A model generated the notes under the pieces. That model made no database searches and was not told the origin of the DNA. It saw only the letters and a list, made by a program, of their open reading frames with translations. A stretch of DNA of 64,000 nt from Tubiluchus corallicola. Taxonomy: Eukaryota; Animalia; Priapulida. The stretch is taken from positions 186,001 through 250,000 of the forward strand of contig JAQGDQ010000229.1 of NCBI GenBank assembly GCA_030141605.1, given 5' to 3'. Shown one piece after another: positions 59,701 through 64,000 of the stretch. Each line of letters opens with the position of its first letter. Position 1 is the first letter of the stretch. The position numbers and the translations under genes were made by a program.

Positions 59701-62700
59701 ACTAGATAGAGTAAAAATTATGCATTCATTGCAGTGCGGACATAAGGAAGTTCTTGATTAATTATCGTTGCCCATTCATTTGAAATAATATTAGAGTATC
59801 AAAATGTGTATCAATCTTTAAATCAAAATATAAAAAGTTTATTTTAAATCTTCGTATATAAACAGATAACTATCAAATTAAGACCGTTGGTCACAACTGT
59901 GTAATGATTCCCCGGAACAAGCAATAACTTTTATTCTTAGGAGAGTAGCATACAAAAATGCTAACCACTAACAACTGGGAAACATTGCGGGCGGCCTGTC
60001 ATAAGCCATGGCTTCTTAGGTCTCTCTGCATTATTTTTTTCTCTTTAATAATAGTGATCTTTTCACATAATTGTTTATTATTTTACTGATTATAAGTTTT
60101 ATTTCAAATTTGTTTGTCAGTTAGTGCGATTGTGATACTTGTTAAATCAATAAATTATTTTGAATTTGATAAATACACATTTTAATGTGTAGTGTGATTT
60201 ATTCTTTCATTTTTGAAGTAAGTTTAATGAAGTCTTTTAAATGTGTTTACTACTAATTTTGCATTTTGTTTCAGTGGCGAAATGTCGCTTCTTGCACCGA
60301 ATCAGTCTAGTAAAGAAACTGATATTCGATTTGCAAACAGGCTGGTCGACACGGCAACGTCTACTCAGCAACAGCTACCACCGGCAATTGAATACAGCAC
60401 AATACATAGTAACGAACACTTCGTTGCAACTACACCTCCAGAGAGTGTAAGCCAATCAAAAGCTGAATCAGTGTTGCTGACGTCCTCAAATGTGTCACCT
60501 GTCAGCGATGCAGTAGTTTCGTCTCACAATGCACTATTTTCGCAGACGGAACCTTTAATTTTCGACACTGCTGTAACTAGTCAAGAAACGGAGAAAGTTC
60601 CCTACAGTTGTATCTTAGATTCTGCACCTGAACGTTCGCTGGTAGAGTTTGCTTCCTCGTCTGAAAGAAGAAAACTGAGCAGGGTGGATGAAAAAACGAA
60701 CACCATGCCCAAATATAGCACTCCACCAATGTTTAGCAGTGCGGATAAGGCAACGGAATCGTATCATGGCACTTCAAGAGATGATAGTGCTAAGCAGTTC
60801 CTTACAATGCCTACCACATCTGTGTGTGTAATAAGACAAGCGGAACCGTGGTTTAGTGCAGGGAAGCGTTCGTCGGGGTATGAGCAGTTCGACAACAACA
60901 CGACGTCTCACAGAAAATCTGGAATGGACATGAAGTTTGACGTGCCTTCCATAGTCGAGAATAAAGGATATCCGGTGGATAGATTCAATGATGTTTCTAT
61001 GAGTATTTCTACAAGTCTTTCCAGCAATCAGTTTGTGAGCGTTCCCGTATCTTCGAAGGCAGCTGAGCACTTTACAAATTTGTCTGTTACGAATCAGTTA
61101 AGCAAACAAACGCCGTGCGAACCCCGATTCGTCTTCCTGAAGAGAACGAACCCAAATCTGGGCATCAATATTATCGGTATTTTGTTTTACTTCCTGAAAT
61201 ATTTTTAAGAAGTCACGTGATATCACTGACAGCTTCACTAATAATTTATACACATGTACACCTGACTGTTTATTATTATTGTTATCATTATTATTGCCTT
61301 TTCTTTGTTAGCTTTATTTTATGCATACAAAAGTTATGCAGCAAGATAATCTGGCTTTGTATTATTGAAATTTACTTTGCTTTGTGAAAAATTACAGGGT
61401 ATTCCAAAAAAACAGAGCGGTAGAAATATACTGATCAAATGACAAAGAAACTCGGTCAAGTTTTAAGTCCTGTAGTAAGAGATTTATTAACTGCTTGAAG
61501 TGTCCACTATTAACTATTGACCACACTCGTTCGACTTTATATGTTGTAACATTGGTGTGCTTACGCAGTTGTAAGTGCACTGTTTCTTTTGAAGCATCCA
61601 ATGTGCTTGTGTTTGGGAAATTGTAGTGTGTAAACTTTCAAGAATACAAGTCCAGAGTCACAGTTTTTTTAAATGTCTACTTCAGAGTTTACATTTGCTC
61701 GGCACATTTAAAATTACAAGACTGCGATCGGGACCAAGACTGACGTATCGAGACCTGACCCGAGATTGACTGACAAACAGCAGATAAATGCTCACACTGA
61801 CAGCAATTGGTCTAAAATAGCACAAAGCCCTTTACGTTTTATAAACACATTATAGCAGCCAGTGAGAGGTTTAATAAGAATGTTTTTTATGGATAAAAAT
61901 CTTATTTAGAAAACTGTAATATTTAGATTAAATTAATCACTTAATTCCTCACGTTTTACTGGTAGATTATATACTAGTCACTGGTACAAATATGACAATG
62001 GTGTGACGATTAAAATTATTAAATTTTAGCAGTTTTTTTTGGTGACATGTAGCATCGTCTTAAAAAATACAAACATGGATGAGCTCATCTAACATCAAAT
62101 ATTATTAGGAATTAAGTGCTTGCAATGGACACTTATTCAGGCTTCAACTTTGCTACTGGTTTGCGGTATTATATGCAGATCTCTATGTTTGCATTCTTTT
62201 AGGTGGCAATGCAGTAGGCATATTTGTACAAAGTGTACAAATGGGCATCGTGATAAGCAGCGGGGCAGACGGACTTCGCTGTGGTGACCAAATTTTGGAA
62301 TTTAATGGTGTAGATTTGCGGTCTTCCACGGCAGAAAAGGCAGCTTTTGAGCTGAGTCGACCGAATGAAGAAATGACAATTTTGGCTCAGTATAATTTGC
62401 CGAGTAAGTGTTATGCTTATTTTGCATTTAGAGTCATACACGTAGGAATTTGGAAACTATCAAAAATGTCCAATTCAACAAAAATATAGCCGCTTTTTTT
62501 TTGGTGAAATTGGCTCACATGAGGAGGGAAATAGTGAACAGTAAAAATAGGGAATTCTGTTTAATGATATGATGGTAGTATGGTGGGAATAGAATATGAT
62601 GGTAGTATGGTTGGAATGATGGTTGTAATGGTAAGACATTAGTTGCATATGAAACCGATTCGACATTCAGTTATAAATGGCTTTGGAGCATCAAGAATAA

Positions 62701-63450
62701 GTAATTTTAAAAAAGTGAGTGCATTTCAAAAACAGTGTTTGTGCTTGTGAGAAACCTTGACATCTAACCGGTGACACCAGTGTGCAACTTTGTTACGCAA
62801 AGGTAGCACTTAGAGACCTCGTTGTCTAAGCGGTGATACCAATATGTAAAGTTACTTCACAAAGGTGGCACTTAGACACCTGTGTGCAAATTGATTAGGT
62901 AAAGATGGTACTTAAAGTCCTCAATGTCTAAGTAGTGTTACCAATGGGCAAAGTTATTACACAAGGGTGGCACTTAGAGACCTCAGTGTTTAAGCAGTTA
63001 CACGGCTGCACAAAGTTACTATGTGAAGAATGATTGCATGCTTTTACTTGCTATTACTTACTTGATTTAACTGCTTTAACTGTGCCATTTGTCAGACAGT
63101 TGTTGTGGCTTTTCCAAACAAGTTGAAATTTTTTTGCAATTGGCAATACAATCAATTAGCATCGGCAGCTGAAAAACAACTGGTGATCAGAAAGAAAAGC
63201 CCAAATCAATTATAACTGATAAGCTGGTTAAATGGTGTCACAAAGGGATGTTAGTATAACTTGGTCATAGTATTAGGCATTTTTCCACACTGTTGCTAAT
63301 CTGATGGGTAAATACATTAATATGTTAAGCATTTTCGCTTTTGTACAGAGTACAAGAAAATAATCCAAGAGCAGCTTGGAGATTCATTCTATATACGTGC
63401 CATGTTCGACTATATGGCTGCCAGTGCTGATGAACTAAGTTTCAAAACTG
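26789..63450 (+). CDS. DLG5: Discs large homolog 5 (CARD, coiled coil, 4 PDZ, SH3; 3' end with GK domain beyond the window), partial, about 1899 codons seen
   Basis: Exons 26789-26947 and 28590-28725 (CARD: MDEHHKEVLRKNRTKL..VERILDILPRRGSKAFQALCVALESSYPHL), 41673-41729, 42402-42466, 44098-44928, 45070-45195, 45486-45909 (VMSERDTVHKEMEKLQD), 47230-47446 (AKRRRDWAFTERDKIVLERESLRTMCDKLRRERERAVSDLAEALR), 49232-49495 (HNHSRDSAIDTD, PDZ1), 50683-50858, 52134-52237, 52903-53091 (PDZ2), 53465-53550, 53940-54757 (GGTWPK), 56072-56392, 57475-57610, 57892-58054 and 58767-58987 (PDZ3), 60275-61176, 62203-62403 (PDZ4: GGNAVGIFV..GLRCGDQILEFNGVDLR), 63349-63450 (SH3 start GDSFYIRAMFD). All GT-AG with consistent phase. 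Confidence 0.96.
29050..29970 (+). mobile_element. Two Helentron-associated (HINE/DINE-like) non-autonomous fragments, about 29050-29220 and 29620-29970
   Basis: AAATTTCA.., AAAATCTAATCAG, TTTTGATATCGTG..ACAAACAGACAAACA microsatellite core and a 3' GGATC..GATCC hairpin, as remembered for such elements. Confidence 0.4.
30968..31080 (+). mobile_element. Degenerate tRNA-derived SINE, central domain resembling MetaSINE
   Basis: A-box-like TGGCCTAG and B-box-like GGGTTCAACT, followed by GTCATACCAAAGGTTTGAAAAGTGGTACC, which resembles the remembered Meta-type core. Confidence 0.5.
31187..31718. mobile_element. pogo/Tigger-like MITE, 532 bp, apparently young
   Basis: 26-bp TIR CAGTGGACTCTCGTTATAAGAATCAC with 1 mismatch, TA on both sides, and repeated subterminal GATTCTTATA motifs. 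Confidence 0.9.
32077..33964 (-). pseudogene. LRR paralogue A (about 280 aa if corrected), frameshifted at two A-homopolymers; pseudogene or assembly error
   Basis: Exon 1 33964-33341 (MPGLFLIGICLFLLVLKCNANCNC..; donor ACAA|GTAAGA) and exon 2 32297-32077 (RNQLICNCSMKWIKTEPWK..DC..NEITAKDFAHC..hydrophobic tail). Collinear with paralogue B with the same intron position and phase. Needs removal of one base in T7 at 33778-33784 and one in T9 at 33437-33445; no other stop codons. Confidence 0.75.
34515..34820 (+). repeat. Diverged tandem duplication of about 150 bp between the two LRR genes
   Basis: TTGGCCGT.ATCATA..ATTATACAT..GAAATTCAGTG.TTTTC.TG.TAAAGGGAACT.TTCACTT occurs twice. Confidence 0.75.
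35236..38149 (-). CDS. Secreted, probably GPI-anchored leucine-rich-repeat protein (paralogue B), about 282 aa, 2 coding exons, nested antisense in a DLG5 intron
   Basis: Exon 1 38149-37543: signal peptide MLNFPRACQTVIGICLHLLVTGCEA, Cys-rich cap, LRR units such as VEFLEIVRSDTLQHI, LRNFKINNCPKLKTV and LEKIQITGTAIETM; donor AAG|GTATTT. Exon 2 35477-35236 after a tttgcag acceptor: LRRCT-type DNKLVCGCDVTW..DC..C, then small residues SAA and hydrophobic tail LCAINFAFLPLLYNF. The phase-1 junction is in frame. Confidence 0.8.
35667..35744. repeat. Compound (TG)n/(TA)n microsatellite
   Basis: Directly visible. Confidence 0.95.
37121..37403. mobile_element. PIF/Harbinger-like MITE in the intron of LRR paralogue B
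   Basis: Imperfect TIRs TGGCGCATTCAGCTTAG / CTAGTTTGAACGTGCCG with TAA on both sides. Confidence 0.55.
40732..40831 (+). CDS. DLG5: Candidate alternative first coding exon of DLG5 (CARD-less isoform)
   Basis: ATG in a good context (GGAAATGG) opens MESGSDLDADFLMSFSCKTLDVRFDHLDDDGDI, ending at G|GTTTGT in phase 1, in frame with exon 41673. Preceded by TGACGTCA (40712-40719) and ATTGG (40698-40702). Confidence 0.45.
42036..42834 (+). repeat. Direct repeat of about 116 bp (42036-42151 and 42718-42834) flanking DLG5 exon 42402-42466
   Basis: Both copies run GGAAGTGGTGCTGACAAGC..TTTTATTTTAGA..CCCAATG. Confidence 0.85.
46001..46229. mobile_element. mariner-type MITE
   Basis: TIRs CAGGGTGTTGCAAAA / TTTTGAAACACCCTG. 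TA at the right end, TG at the left. Confidence 0.7.
48185..49144. mobile_element. mariner-type MITE interrupted by an RTE-derived insertion
   Basis: 21-bp TIRs CAGGATGTTTCAAAAGTCACT / AGTGACTTTTGAAGCACCCTG (2 mismatches), TA on both sides. Confidence 0.82.
48415..48908 (-). mobile_element. Non-autonomous RTE-clade retroelement (5' segment fused to ORF C-terminus and 3' end)
   Basis: Minus-strand ORF remnant RLKGKVHKEVVRPALIYELE..EMRMLRWMVGITRRDKIRNNNIRG (RTE signature), (GAA)n tail at the 48415 end, and a 15-bp target-site duplication with one mismatch (TCTCAGAGTTCTAGA 48400-48414 / TCTCAGAGCTCTAGA 48909-48923). Confidence 0.88.
59230..60170 (+). mobile_element. Degenerate L2/Crack-type LINE 3' portion in a DLG5 intron
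   Basis: Fragments KLVTHTKFLGTSIDEH, IVWGS, QKKSIRVV and IFVYKYHNNLLP..F.DYF..YNTR. 3' UTR stem-loop ATAAGCCATGGCTTCT and AATAAA..TTGAATTTGA tail. Confidence 0.72.
61395..61620 (-). mobile_element. mariner/Tc1 terminal fragment
   Basis: TA|CAGGGTATTCCAAAA TIR-like end, related to the TIRs at 46001 and 48185. Minus-strand VERVWSIVNSGHFKQLI resembles transposase C-termini (..NGGHFEQLL). Confidence 0.45.
62750..63020 (+). repeat. Degenerate minisatellite, unit about 60 bp, about 4 copies
   Basis: Recurrent AAAGGT(A/G)GCACTTAGAGACCTC..GTCTAAGCGGTGATACCAAT..GCAAAGTTA. Confidence 0.8.
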
Positions 63451-64000
63451 GTAGGTGAATAGTATTTACGTTGTCTGCATGTTTGTCTAACCATCAGTTC
63501 GTAAATCTTTATTGTTATGCTATATGAGTAGAAATTTCTAGATGCTTAAAAGTTTTTTACTGCTAGTTGCAAATAAAAAAAATTTGAAAACTTTCAAAGA
63601 TTAAAAATGTGAAGTTGAAATGAACTGATATTCGGTTTTAACACTATTCAAGGTTACTTTAGGTTAGATGCAGTATGGGAAGTCTTTGTAAACTTAAATG
63701 AAAGCCTAAAAGTAATGCTAATAAATAGTTTTTTTAAACCCTATGAAACAGAAAACAGAAAGCCTGCAGAAAACCATTGAAATTACTCATAGGCTTGATG
63801 TGAGTATTTGAAAATTTCTAACCTAAAACGGAAGGTCAGTTCATTTTAGCAGCATGTTTTTAATTTTTGAAGGCTTTCAATAAGAAGTTTTTATAATTTG
63901 CAAATAGTATGTTTAAAAGTTCTTTTTTCAACTGTAATTATGAAAGTTGCAGTAGCTTTCCTTTATGTTGTACTAACATGTAGATCTATGACAATACACC

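Noticed and set aside
62750-63020. Repeat-spacer-like pattern suggesting CRISPR
   Set aside because: Whole units are homologous with no unique spacers, in a eukaryotic intron with no cas genes; it is a minisatellite.

Overview
AT-rich, intron-rich genomic DNA from an invertebrate animal; the phylum cannot be fixed from the sequence alone. Three conserved genes were assembled by hand with GT-AG introns and consistent phases. TMA16 (minus strand, 6 coding exons, 9123-16235) lies head-to-head with the histone H4K16 acetyltransferase KAT8/MOF (plus strand, 9 exons, 16570-23338). The MAGUK scaffold DLG5 follows (plus strand, CARD, coiled coil, 4 PDZ and the start of SH3; 21 coding exons from 26789, running off the right edge). 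The 13-kb second coding intron of DLG5 holds two antisense, tandem, two-exon paralogues encoding small secreted, probably GPI-anchored leucine-rich-repeat proteins. One is intact; the other is broken only by two +1 insertions in A-homopolymers. The same intron holds a candidate alternative first exon giving a CARD-less DLG5. Introns and spacers are dense with MITEs, LINE fragments, a SINE, an RTE-derived element nested in a mariner MITE, and local duplications. No convincing coding gene was found in 1-8900. All identities rest on motif recognition, not database searches.
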